DNA of 61,981 bases, counting the filler. It is 13 parts of 13 records of this genome, joined end to end, with 100 filler letters (N's around TTAATTAATTAA, not from the genome) between each part and the next. Parts side by side here need not be neighbours in the genome. Positions count along the whole stretch, not along the records: positions 33,179 to 37,397 come from SRR7504441_27461; positions 37,498 to 45,582 come from SRR7504441_27587; positions 45,683 to 50,358 come from SRR7504441_27595; 10 more parts are not named here. One strand, written 5' to 3'. This document shows positions 36,261 through 48,047 of the stretch, piece after piece. Under the pieces are notes generated by a model. It ran no database searches, had not been told where the DNA came from, and was given only the letters and a program-made list of their open reading frames with translations. The first letter of the stretch is position 1. Each line of letters starts with the position of its first letter. Position numbers and translations under genes: made by a program.

Positions 36261-37285
36261 ATGATTCATGATTCAGCTGCCGTTGGCGTGGCAGCACCCG
36301 GGACTGGTTCAGCGTAGGGCAGATGGCCGGGGAAGGGCCTGAGGGGATCGACCGGATCCTGGACTACCTGTACCTGAGCGGGCGGAAGGGGGCCAAGAAC
36401 CGGGGGATGCTCCGGCAGCGCAACATCAAGCACATCCTGAACATGACCCCGCCCCGGTCGGTGGACGAGGTCGCCGGCTGCCCTAACTTCTTCGAAAGCG
36501 AGAAGGAGCTGACCTACATGCGGGTGCCCATCTTCGACAGCAACAGCGAGAGCATCACCGAGCACATTGAGCGCTGCATCGCATTCATCATGAAGGTCAC
36601 CCAAGCCCGTCGGTGCAGTGCTCAGCGGGCGGGGCAGGGGCGACACTGGGGGAACGTACTGGTTCACTGCAATAGAGGGGTGAGCCGGTCGGCGGCGATC
36701 GTGGTGGCCTACCTGATCAGGCACAAAGGGATCGGCGTCAAGGAGTCTCTCGAGTTCGTCAAGGTGTCTCCCAGATCCCCCGGCCCTGGTCTCACAGCCG
36801 CGGCCAGGCCCGACGGTCCATAGCCAATCCAAACGACGCCTTCACCCGGCAGCTCGAGGAGTACGAGCGGCTGGTAACCGAACAGCGAGATCGGCACGAC
36901 CCCGGTGCCCCGCCGCTGTAGGGCTTAAGGCCTGACGCGGGAGGCAGGGCCGATTAGTCCACTGCTGGCCCCGCAGCGGGGGGCGGCCAATCGCGTGTCT
37001 GCCGGGCCGGCGCTGCCGCCACACCTGCAGCACCTGGCCAATCAGGGCGGGGAGCCGGAGGAGGAGGAGGGCTGCGCAATAGGCCCGGCGGCAGGGCCGG
37101 AGCTGCCAGCGCACTTGAAACATCTAGAGACGCAGGCGGATGCAGCCGGGGAGGGGGGAGCCGAGCCGGCTGATGGCGAGCAAGCGGCCGGGATCGGGCC
37201 GCAGCTGCCGCCGCATCTGCAGCATCTGCTCAATCCTGCTGCCAGCGACGAGGAGCCGGAGCCCAAACGGCCAAAGTTAGACTGA
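36261..37285 (+). CDS. Dual-specificity protein phosphatase with repetitive C-terminal tail
   Basis: ILDYLYLSG, IKHILN, VHCNRGVSRSAAIVVAYL (HCx5R), ..ANPNDAFTRQL; start at 36261 (via a 35-nt intron) or 36323. Confidence 0.9.
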
Positions 37286-37932
37286 TCCATGGAACTGTAC
37301 GAGTACGTAGCCAGATGATCATTCGATTCGTGATTGACGCTAGCTATATAGGAGTACATGTACACACAAGGATTGATACAGCTTTATTTACATGCCGNNN
37401 NNNNNNNNNNNNNNNNNNNNNNNNNNNNNNNNNNNNNNNNNTTAATTAATTAANNNNNNNNNNNNNNNNNNNNNNNNNNNNNNNNNNNNNNNNNNNNATG
37501 GGGTGTCAATTCAAATCCCAGACCCTGAATCGCTGGCGCTCGAGACCGCCAACCGGCCAACACGCCGCACGATAAGACGCCAGCGGCTAGACGATGAACC
37601 GCAATAAACTTTTACGATAACCTGCGCATGCATCCTTAAGCTTGGCCCTGGCTAATCAGAATCCCGGATCCCGGTAGATCCCGGGATCCCACCGTACTGA
37701 AATGAATTCGAATGAGAAGACTTAGGAGAAATACGTGCGCAAGGCTCATCAAGGGCATACCCGGAGTCTGCGGGACCGGCCCGCCCGAACTTCGCCCTTG
37801 CTTGCAAGCTCTGATGCGTGATGCAATGATGCTCGGATGCTTCCCTATCCGCCTATCAAATTCAGTGTCAATGCTTGAGCTGATCATGACAAGAAATTCC
37901 ACACGCAAACCGTTGGATCCACGCATGGAGTG

Positions 37933-40900
37933 ATGAGGGCGAGCAGGCCAAAGTCGCCGCGCACCGCCCGGCGGCCGAAGTCGCCCGGCCGGGCCAGGAC
38001 CCCGCGTTCCCGGTCGGTCGATCCGAGCAAGACTCCCCGGCTGCACAAGCCGTTCACCCCGGCCCCAGTCTCCCAGCACAGCGAGTTCAGCGCGCAGGTG
38101 GCCGATGGGCAGGAAATCCCGCTGCCTACCTGGGCGCTCCAGCCGCTCAACAACCCGGAATGGGCCGAGGACCTGCGCCAGCTGTTCCACTACTATGCCT
38201 CGTACGGGACGAGCGCGGAGGAGTCGGCGGTGGAGTCAATCACCCGATCAAACTTCTGGAAGCTGATAAGGGAGTGCGAGCTGGTGGATCAGAGCGTGAA
38301 TGCGTCCAATGTGGACCTGATTTTCCACCAGTGCTTCCCGCGGCACCGGCGGAGCAACAACAAGCCCAGGATGAGCTACCACCAGTACCTGCTGGCCCTG
38401 GCGCTCCTCGCCCAGCGCAAGTACGGCCACAGCGACCCGGTCGGCGGACTGTCTCACCTGATCCACCAGCACTTGCTGCCCAACGCGCACCGGGTGCAGT
38501 GCAGCTTCCGGTCGGCCGCAGCCTCGATCCCACCCCCGCCGTGCGACCTGGCCACAAGCCGAATGTTTGAAGAACTCGATCCGACCCTCTCTGAGCTCTT
38601 CCAGCTCTACTCGCGCAACAAGTCCATCCAGAAGCGCGGCCGGCCCGGGTGGCCCAGCCGCCAGCGGTTGGCTGACGGCAACGGACAGGATGCTGCTCAG
38701 GGAGCTGCACAAGCTCGCTGAGGATCTCGGGATTGTCCCCAAATTGCTTTCCTTCGCCGAGGTGGGCGCGCGCGCGCTGCCAGGCGAGCGCCGGTGGCCA
38801 GGCCACCCAGCTAGCCAAAGCCAGCCTGAACGCTAAGGGGAGCGACTTGCTCGATTACGAAGCCTTTCTGGACTGGATGTACCGAGCCGCCACCCATGGG
38901 TTGGCCAAACCTCCGTACGCGAGGCACGAGGCCTGCCAGGGCCCGGGGCTGAGCCGAGGCAGCTTGTACGAGACAGCGGCCGAGAAGGTGGAGAAGCTTT
39001 TCGAGATGATCGACCGGAGCCCGCTCTGGGTAAAGGCAGCGATTAATCAACGGGGCGCCCGACCAAAGTCGGCATTCGCGAAGCAGCGTCAGGTGGCCGG
39101 TCCTATGTGCCGGCTGAGCAGCGGCAGGTGAGTATGATCGAGGCGGGGCAAGTGCTCCAGAAGATGGCGCTGGCAGACCGGGCCGAGCTGGTCGGGCTGA
39201 TCATGAGCGAGTTGGCCAATCAGGGGCTGACCAGCATGCTCGAGAGCACTTTTGAATTCTACTGCACGAGTGCGGAGAGTGCCAGCTCGGACGCAATGAA
39301 GGGGTTCATGTTCTACAAGTTTGTGCGAGACTCCCAGCTGCTCGAGGTGCCGGCCGCTCGCGTGTGCCCTGACCCGGGCCAGGCGGCCAGGCACGAGCAG
39401 GTTGACTTGCTCTTCCTGCGATGCGTCAACCAAAACGACAGGCGGGCTGGGCCGGCGGTTGGGGGTTAAACCGTGTGGACAGCTCGCCGATCCCGCCGTC
39501 CAAGCTCCGGATGCGGTACGATCAGTTTCTGCTGGCGCTGGTCGAGCTGGCAAAGGTGCGGTCGACTGCGAGTGTCTCGAGCTGTGGGGTCAGGCTGCAC
39601 TGCCGGACGAGCCAGACCCGGTGGCCGGGACAATTAAACTCGTGTCGGAGCGTGTGCTCAGGTGATGACCGCATGTGTGTAGCATTCTCACAGGGCGCAG
39701 GAATGCTCGTCGAGTGGAGAAGTTCGAGACTATGCTTACGCTCTGCCCAGATGTTAGGGCAGTGCTTGAGCAGGACGAGGTGCGAGCCGGCCGGGGGCAT
39801 GACGCGAGGCGAAAGCAGGACTTGATTGAGGCCGTGTTTGGGTACTACCACGACATCGACCTGGAGGACGGGCGGGTCAAGGTGCACGGTGCATGGGACA
39901 CAGAGCTGACCTCGGGCAGGTGTCTGGCAGCGACCCTCGGCTCTCGCTGGAGGGCGTGCTGAGGATGGCCAAGGAACTCGGACTATCGGCGCACGTGGCG
40001 TCCCACCAGGAGCTGTGCGTGCTGTTCAGGCTGTGCCGGGACCAGTCGGACACACCCAGCCTGAGCAAGGCCCAGTTTTGCGAGTTGCTCTGCCGGTGCG
40101 CCATCCTGTGGTGCGGGATCGACGAGCACTCCGAGGTGCCCACCGGCTGGCCAGCCACTGACAGGATGGCAGGCCTCGGAGCTCGTGGCGAGCGTTGCTT
40201 CGTTCTTGGAGAAACTGTGGGATGCTGAGGGCATGAAGGCGGTCGAAGCCTGGAAGTGTCGCACCCAGACCAGCAAGGCCGCCCTGCTCAAGTCGCCCCG
40301 CTCGGCTCCGCGCAAGCAGCCCCCAGCACAGCTGCCCGCAGTCTCCCCGTTTGGAGGCTCGCCTCACACCGCTCAGAAGATGACGCCAGTGGCCAGCACC
40401 ACCCTGCTCTGCCCGTCATGGGCTGTGCAGTTGTATAGCAGCCCGAAGAACCATCAACTGCTCAGCACAGTTTTCCTGCACTACAAAGCGATCGAGACAC
40501 CTCACGACGGGCTCTCGCCCGGTGGAGTGCAGAGCGAGATGAATGTGTTCACGGCCAGCAAGCTGTACAAGCTGCTCCGCGAGCTGGAAGTGATCCAAGT
40601 GCACGCCGAGCTGCCTCAGGTCGACAAGATCTTTGGCCAAATCCTAGGCTGCAACTTCCACCGGTACCAGGAGATCACGTTCGAGAACATGAAAACGGCC
40701 CTGGCTAACATCACAGGCGACAGCGACAAGCTGGCGGCGCTGCTGCTCAACCAGCTCCCAAAGTTGGCCCAGAGGCTGCCAGCCCAGCAGCAGGAGCAGC
40801 AGCCGGCAGTGGGGCTGGCAATCAGCCCAGCAGCCACCACCGAGCAGGAGTGGGACATGTTGCTTGGAATATTCTGCCACTATGCCACTCGCACCACGTT

Positions 40901-43900
40901 TGTCAACCCGACTGAGTTGTGGAGCTCGCCAGATAAGATCCGGTTTGCGCCAATGAATGAGGCTCGGGTGTCACAGCGGCAGCTGGGGATACTAGCCTCC
41001 GAGCTGCTGCTGATGCCCAATCTGATCTCTAGAGACCTGGCGCTCGGGGCGTTGCTCAAGAAAGCGATCGGCGATGCTGCTCTGAGCACGACAATGGGCA
41101 TGAATATGCTCTGGCCGCAATTCTCGCAGTGGATCGTGCTATGTGAGGCCGAAATGTTCGAGGAGCCATCCGGGCTGGCGAGGATGATCGGACAGATGCG
41201 CGCCGCCAAGCATTTCGACATGATCATGGGCGGGTGGGCTCGAGTGGACCGAATGATTGGGCACGAACTTGTCGAAAACTTTGGGCCTTACGACCCCAAG
41301 ATGGACATGCGCGTGCTGCACCAAAACATCGGCGGCTCTGCGCTGCTGCTGCAGCAGTTCATGGACCACCTGGTGCTGGCAGAGAGGGAGATCAGCCTGC
41401 GCGAAGTGTTCCGGTACTACTGCTCGATGGGGGAGGACTGGCCAACTGACGTGCTCACCCTCCAGAAATTCATCAAGCTGTCGTCTGACGCGTGCCTGAT
41501 CGACAATGTGTTGCCGCATCAGATGATTGTGCTGGTGTATCAGCATGTTGTTGGCAACAAATTGTACGGGATGAAGTGGGAGGACCTGCTGGTCGGGATA
41601 ATCGAGCTAGTGCTCCTCAAGTTTGGGACAGCCCCCGACAACATGGCCACCCTCGCCGACGCGCTCGACGGCCTGGTGCTCGCCTACTGCCACAAGCGCC
41701 CGATCAGGCTGTCGCTTGAGGACGCCGAGCAGTTTATGGCTCCAGAAGTGATGGATGTGCTGCTAGAGAGAGACGACCTGCTCCAGGACTTGTTTGCCAG
41801 CTTTACGAGCCCGCACGAAGACGTCCGGCTGCTCTCGTCCGAGCAGCTGCTTGACATGGCCCTCCAGTTCGAGTTGATCTCCAGCTGGACAACAGAGGAC
41901 GACCTGGTCGAGATGTTCCGCCTGTCCAACGTGGAGCACCCTGGAGCCGACCTGATGTTCACTCAATTTGTGGAGCTCGTCTGCCGGCTGTCTGCGCATG
42001 CTGGCCGCTCGGACACCACGCCTGCCGCCCGGCTTAGGGCGATACTAGACCGGATTGCATCCACCTCAGCGGCTAAAGGGCTCAAGAAGGCCGCAGCAGG
42101 CCCTTCACACACCCCTCATTTGATGCGGAATGCGTCTCCGCGAGCCGCCACCCCAGCAACAGTCGTGACGCCGCGGGCTAAGACTCCGCGCCCTTCTACA
42201 CCAGGCCGGAGCCGACCCTCCACGCCTGGGCGAAGCCGGCCGTCCACACCAGGCAGGAGCCGGCCGCCGACCCCTGGCCGGAGCTGGGCCCCATCAACTG
42301 CGACTGCGCTGGAAGGCAATATCACATTCACCTCGGATCGGTTCGGCCGCAGTGTGATCATAGGCGACCCAAGCGCACCGCAGGACGACGAAGTGAACAG
42401 TATGCGAGTGCAGAACGAGGAAGAGGCCGCGTATACACTCAACATGCTCTGCCAGGAGGATGCGGAAGCAGTGCGATCCGTGTTCGACTTTTACTGCTCT
42501 TATGCGGAGTCGCAGCTACAAACCACGATGAAGAGCAGCAATGTGTACAAACTAGTGCGCGATGCCAGGATCGAGGGTGACGCAGTCAACTCAAGCAATG
42601 TAGGAGTGATAATTGCCAAATGCCAGCGAGTAGGCTGCGCCTCCTCGCGAATCGATCTGACCACTTTCTACATGATGTTGGCTGAAATGGCGCAGCGGCT
42701 CTACCCGGGTCAGCACGACTCGATGGAGCAGTTCCTGGACGAGTATCTAGCACCGCTGGCATCTCGGATAGTCAAAGCCCCAGTCGGGCCTGACCAGAGC
42801 GACAGCGATGCCAAGATCAGCGGGCTGCTCAAGCAGTGCTATGAGGACCTCATGACTCTATTCGATCATTACTCCACCCTCCAGGTCACCAACACCAAAA
42901 TATTATTAATTATTAAGTATTAGTCAGTGGTGCGATGAGGACTTGGTCTGACCCTTGCTACAGGCTCCTGGCAAGCGGCAGCGGAGCAGCGGCGACTGGA
43001 ACACGATCCTCACCGCCAACACCACCATCTCGCTCAAGGAAGTGACTAAATTTGCCGAGGAGTTCGACATAGTGCCATCGTTGCTCTCCAAGATGGAAGT
43101 GGGCCGGCTGATGCGTGCAGTGCTCGGCGCGAGTCCCAATAATCAGTTGATCCTGGACCAGTCAGGCTTCGTCGAGTGGGTGCGGCGTGCAGCGCTGCAC
43201 GGCTTCTCGAGGAGCGAGTACACTGACGAGTACCCGGATGACGCCGCAAAGGTCGAAAAGCTGCTCAAGGAGATTGACTCCTCGCGCGTCTTGCACTCGA
43301 TCAAGGCGGCGAGGGGCAAGCGGCACGATGCGCTCTTCTCGCGGCACCACAACGAAGCGATGCAAAAGAACGCACAGCGACGGGACTTGACGGAGCGGAA
43401 GGTTCAGAGGGATATCGAGCAGCGGTTGTTTCAGCTGCTCGAGAACAAGGGAATGCATGATGACCTCCGACGTATTTTTGACTTTTACGCCTCGTTTGGT
43501 GAGGACTCTAAAAAGGATTCGATGAAGGGGTTCATGTTCTTCAAGCTCGTGCGCGACTGCCAGCTGCTAGATAACCGACTCTCCTCCGAGCGCGTCGACC
43601 TGATATTTGCTGAGAGCGTCGGCAAGTCTGGAGGGAGGAAGCGGCGGGCGCGTCTTGGTCTTAACAAGTTCGTGCTGGCGTTGAGCTCTTTGGCAAAGAT
43701 TAAGCTGCCGCACTTGGACCTGTTTGATGGATTCCTGCAGCTGTGTGAAGACTATTTGCTCCCTCTCGCCCGGAGAGCCGACGAGTCGGCGCCGGTATTT
43801 GGGACGTTCCATCACAGTGCCGTGCAAGACTTGCTCGAACAGCGCTCTCTGCTCTTGTCAGTAGTTTTCAACCATTATGCGAGGTTAAGCAAGTCTGTGT

Positions 43901-44257
43901 CGGGCGCAACACAGCGAACGGTGCGTTGCTCCTACGCTGGGTGGTGGCTGATTCTGGGTACAGATGACTTTGAGAGACTTTCTCAAGTTTGCAGGAGACT
44001 TCGGAATTTCGTCCTCGATTGCGTCTAATCAGGAGCTGTCTAGAATATTCTATGCGACAGTGGATATCAAAGAGGAGGCCAATATGGAGCATTGGAAGCA
44101 AGTGATCACACGCTGCGCGATGCACTGGGGGAACCTCAAGATCGGAAGGACGGCCCCGACCGACATTGCGGACCGTCTCCTCAAGTTCATCAATGTGATG
44201 GAAAACTCAGAGGCAATGATTCCAATAGAGCAACGGTTTGGATCTGCAAGGCATTGA
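37933..44257 (+). CDS. Giant protein with ~12 tandem p25-alpha/TPPP-like (EF-hand-like) modules
   Basis: Repeated L..(V/I)F..Y.....M....F.K..(R/K)(D/E)..L.D.......VDLIF.......(M/L)...QF..AL..LA matches the p25-alpha fold; many mini-introns join the ORFs. Confidence 0.75.
42189..42284 (+). repeat. Coding 24-nt tandem repeat, (RPSTPGRS)x4
   Basis: Peptide RPSTPGRS RPSTPGRS RPSTPGRS RPPTPGRS with synonymous divergence between units. Confidence 0.9.
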
Positions 44258-44354
44258 ATTAATTATTAACTTTAACGTCGAGGCTAGACCTGAAGTGAAC
44301 TAATCTAACTATACTATTTTTATGTGTTTATTATAACAGCCTTATCAACGATGA

Positions 44355-45565
44355 TCACCGCCTTGCGGTCGAGTTTCGCTTTTTGGCCGTTGCACCTTCG
44401 GCTTGTCGGTGCAGGTGCAGCGGAAAGTTCTCAGCAATTACCATCCCATTGGCTAGTTTGACCACCACGTTCACTTCGAACTCGATCTTGAAGTTGCGCG
44501 AGCTCATTGTGGGGCAGGTGAACAGCCGCGGGAAGAACATGTGTATCGGCATCACCCACTGCTCCCCCTGCACCGCCCATCAGCCTAACCCAGACACCAG
44601 CAGCGCCTGGCAGACGTCCCCGGACGCGATCTGGACGCTCTGAATCTCCGTCGCCTCTCTCGCCACCCCCTCTGAGCAGCCGCACGTCTCTATACGGATC
44701 AGCTGCAAGTCTATAGAAGCCAGGCCGGGGTCATCGCACTTGTCCACGATCACAACCCCCTGGCCAGCCCTCAAGCGGTTCAGACGCGCCGCGCACCGTC
44801 AGCGGCTTCCGCAGGTCACAGTTCAGGTTGTCGATCTTGCCGCACACCCTGAAATCAGGTATGGCACCCTGGCCGTCCGGCTGAGCCGCTGGGCGATTTT
44901 GGGCCGCGCCTTGTGCACACGCTCGACCGAGGCTGGGACTATATTGAGCTTGGCCGGGTTGACCTTGACGCTGGTGCTCTCCTGCCGGCTGCTCAGGCCG
45001 ACCGGTCGCAGCCGGGCACCGGCGACTCGACTATGAACTCGATCGATTTTTTGACGTTCTGTTTGAGCGCGCTGGTGACCAGTTCCACTGCCAGCGTGTA
45101 CTGAATGTTGACATACACCCCGTGGTAGGTCTCGTGCAGCTGCCCCCCGCTCTCACTCACCGCCCCGCCTGCAGGCACCTTGTCCTCGGCCGTGAGCTCA
45201 ATGCTGAACTCGATCTTGGTCTCTCCCCGCTCGCACCGGCCTTCACTCGCCAGCGTGCGGCGGGCGCTCACGATCGAGACAGGCTTCATCGATGAATAGA
45301 AGGCCTCGAACAGCCTGCCCGCGCCCGATCCGGCGCGCCGACGGCAGCGGCACCCGACGCTCTTGGCGGAGAGCTGCAGCCCGATGGCGCCGTCCATCTC
45401 CATGTTGATTTGCTTGTAGCTGAACACGTTGGGGGTTTGGATCACCACGTGCCCAGAGATGGTGTCCTGCCCCAGCCCACTCAGCCCCATCGGCCCGCCC
45501 CAACCCACCCCGGTCCGGTACACGCGGTCGAACCGGCTCAACTTGATGTCCAACGAGGTTGCCAT
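44355..45565 (-). CDS. VPS26C: VPS26C/DSCR3 (retriever subunit)
   Basis: LDIKLSRFDRVY, LQLSAKSVGLFEAFYSSMKP, LHETYHGVYVNIQY, IDLQLIRIETCGCSEG.AREATEIQ.VQIA.GDVC, IHMFFPRLFTCPT...NFKIEFEVN. Confidence 0.95.
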
Positions 45566-45947
45566 GCTTCCCGGTGTGCCGANNNNNNNNNNNNNNNNNN
45601 NNNNNNNNNNNNNNNNNNNNNNNNNNTTAATTAATTAANNNNNNNNNNNNNNNNNNNNNNNNNNNNNNNNNNNNNNNNNNNNTCGTTTATTAGGTAAACC
45701 CTAAATACCCTCCGGAACCGAAGATTTCGAGCTCAATTGCCGAGGTCGTGCAACTATTATATTATCATATCAAGAATCAAGACAGGCTCTGACGTACAGC
45801 TGGGTTCAATCTGTACGAGACTAGACTACATGCAAACCGACGCTAAGTCGGTGCTCAATGATCTATCAATCAATCTCTGTGTGTCGCGCTAGCTAGCTTT
45901 GCTCAAGCCACTAGCCACTGGTCAGTACCTCGGCTCCGGCCTCCGGC

Positions 45948-46670
45948 TCATGCTGCAATGGCGCTGGCCACAAACCTGGCTCGCAGTTTGCGCACAAACC
46001 CAGGGAAATCATTCGACGCTCTGAGCGCCTCGAGCATTGAATCCAGCTCAGGCAGGGCCGGCTTGCAGCTGCCCTCCGGGATCTGGTACACATTGTCCGA
46101 GTCGACGCACACTACCACCGAGTGCTCCTTGAGCGCGTCGGCCGGGTCGATGTGAGTGAACACCACCCGGAGGAAGTCATCCTCAACCCGCTCGAAGCGG
46201 AGCCCGAGCCGGGTCTCGTAGGTGAGCTGGCCGAGCTCCTTCTCGAGCCGGTACTGCTCGCACTGCTGCTGGTACCGGGCGATGGTGGCCTTGACCTCCG
46301 CTATCTTCTTCTCCTCCTGGGCCACCTGGTGCTCCGTCGTGAGGCTGGCGGACATGAGCCCCTGCAGCTTGGCGTTCAAAGAGGCGATCTCGCGGTCCAC
46401 GTCGGCCAGCTTATCCGGGCTCACCCCCTGGTCCTGGGCCAGCGTCTTGGCCTGCTGCAGCAGCGCCTTCTCTTGGGTGTACAGTTCCTTGATCCGCGCC
46501 TCGGACACCTCGGCGCCCTTGGTGCACTGGGTCTGCATCTCGTTCAGGCTGTTCATGTGGGTGTCCTTCCACGAATCGAACCGCGTCTTGGCCTGCTCCA
46601 GCATCCCCTCCAGCCGCGCCTCCATCTGCTTGAAGTTGTTCTCCGTGCTGGGCTCGCCCACCTCTTCCAT
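45948..46670 (-). CDS. SPC25: Kinetochore Ndc80-complex subunit SPC25
   Basis: Coiled coil followed by RWD-like head YETRLGLRFE...LRVVFTHIDP......Y....C.P.LP.L..L...L..SNDF..FVRKLRARF. Confidence 0.88.
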   Translation of the reverse strand: MEEVGEPSTENNFKQMEARLEGMLEQAKTRFDSWKDTHMNSLNEMQTQCTKGAEVSEARIKELYTQEKALLQQAKTLAQDQGVSPDKLADVDREIASLNAKLQGLMSASLTTEHQVAQEEKKIAEVKATIARYQQQCEQYRLEKELGQLTYETRLGLRFERVEDDFLRVVFTHIDPADALKEHSVVVCVDSDNVYQIPEGSCKPALPELDSMLEALRASNDFPGFVRKLRARFVASAIAA

Positions 46671-46716
46671 TTGGACTTGAATCGGTGCGTTCCGTTGAAA
46701 TCCGGAGTGCGGTGAA
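46671..46716. promoter_or_regulatory. 46-bp bidirectional spacer with TCCGTTG (46691-46697)
   Basis: Between the SPC25 and RNA ligase starts. Confidence 0.65.
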
Positions 46717-47945
46717 ATGGTACCAGCCAGCACGCTGTTCCGCCGGTGGTACGCCGACCGGTGCTGCGTGCCCGGGCCGGCAGTGGTCACGGACGAGTGC
46801 ATTGCCTCGCTCGAGCTCCAGATCACGGGGCTGGCCGACCAGGTGCGAACCCTCAAAGAGGTGGCCCTGGCGCCACGCGAGGAGTGGCTGCCGCTAGTCG
46901 AACAGCTCAACCAGCTCAAGGACCGACTGCCCCAGAGCCACAGCCTGTCGCGCTCGGCCTTCAACGCCGGCAAGAAGCGGGCGGCCGCCACCAAGCGGGA
47001 GGAAGACCTGGCTCGCCGGCAGCAGCTGGCTTCGGAGCTGGCAGCCCAGGCCGAGCTGATCGTATTCCCAACCACCCAGCGCAAGGTGACGCACGTGCTC
47101 AGAACGGTCGGTCACGGCGACCAGTTCAAGTACGCCGGGGCCGAGCTGTCGGACGCGCTCCCTGAGGGGTGCGATGTGTGGAGAACCGAGAAGTGGTGCC
47201 GGCCCGGCCGGGGCACAGGGCTGAATGCGGGGAAGGGACGGCACAACGGTGCAAGCCACCCGAGACGGGATATTCAAGCGTCTGGATAAATTCGCCCGGG
47301 GCTCCAAGCAGAAGCGGAGCATGCCTGTGGCCGATCGTTACGAGCTCCGCCTGGTCGCTTGGCGCGCGGTGCGGTGCGCTCTCTTGAGAGGTTTGAGTGG
47401 GGGCCGCAGGGGCCCGGGGACTGGCGGGGGCTCGAGACGGACGAGTGGATAGCCGACTGTGTCGGGCGTTACCTGCCTGTGTTTGAACGCATCCCACCAG
47501 GCTGCTGCATTTACTTTGAAGCAGTGCACAGCAAGATCAACCAAACGTTCAAACAGGTCGCAACCCGCCCCGCCCCGACCGAGCCCCAGGGCAGGTGGAC
47601 GGGCTGGCCGAGATCCGGGTGTTTGACCTGGCTCGGAGCGCTGTCCCGGTGGAGCAGATTCCTCTTGGCTCTCAGTGGCCTGAAGGCCGGTTTGAAGACT
47701 TTAGCGCGACGCTCGAGCTGTGCAAGGAACTCGGGCTGCCGGCGGTGCACCACACCCGCGAGCGGCTCGACCCGGCGGCGGTGTGGGAGTGGCTGGTCGA
47801 GTTGGGCAGCAAGCAGTATCGGGACGTGCCCGCTTTGCTGGAGGGTTACGTGCTGCGAGTGGTGGGCGATGGGTCGCAGGTGGCTAAGCTGAGAGCCGAG
47901 TATATCAGCTCCAGGCAAGAGAAAATGAGCGCCGCCCGACCCTGA
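46717..47945 (+). CDS. ATP-dependent RNA ligase, RLIG1/C12orf29-like
   Basis: After splicing: motif I TEKWDGT, III YFE, IIIa VFD, IV EGYVLR, V AKLR; upstream TQRKVTHV..QFK..AE.S.AL recalls RLIG1 VQRKMPCVF..PFKVLATE. Confidence 0.7.
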
Positions 47946-48047
47946 TTAAAACGCAATCCTATTTACACATACGTATATTCAATACACTTCGTTAAAAGGC
48001 GTCAGAGTCTGCACACGAAGCACCACACCTTCCGGCATCCGCACAAA

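Noticed and set aside
36288-36322. Spliced-leader trans-splicing acceptor before ATG (GGGCAG-ATG), and a CCGTTG promoter motif at 36280
   Set aside because: Explained by an ordinary 35-nt cis intron from an in-frame ATG at 36261; most other starts lack an adjacent AG.
37498-37700. tRNA-like TTCAAATCCC and ATCCCGG repeats
   Set aside because: No cloverleaf; the first part reads as the 3' end of a truncated CDS and the repeats are short and irregular.
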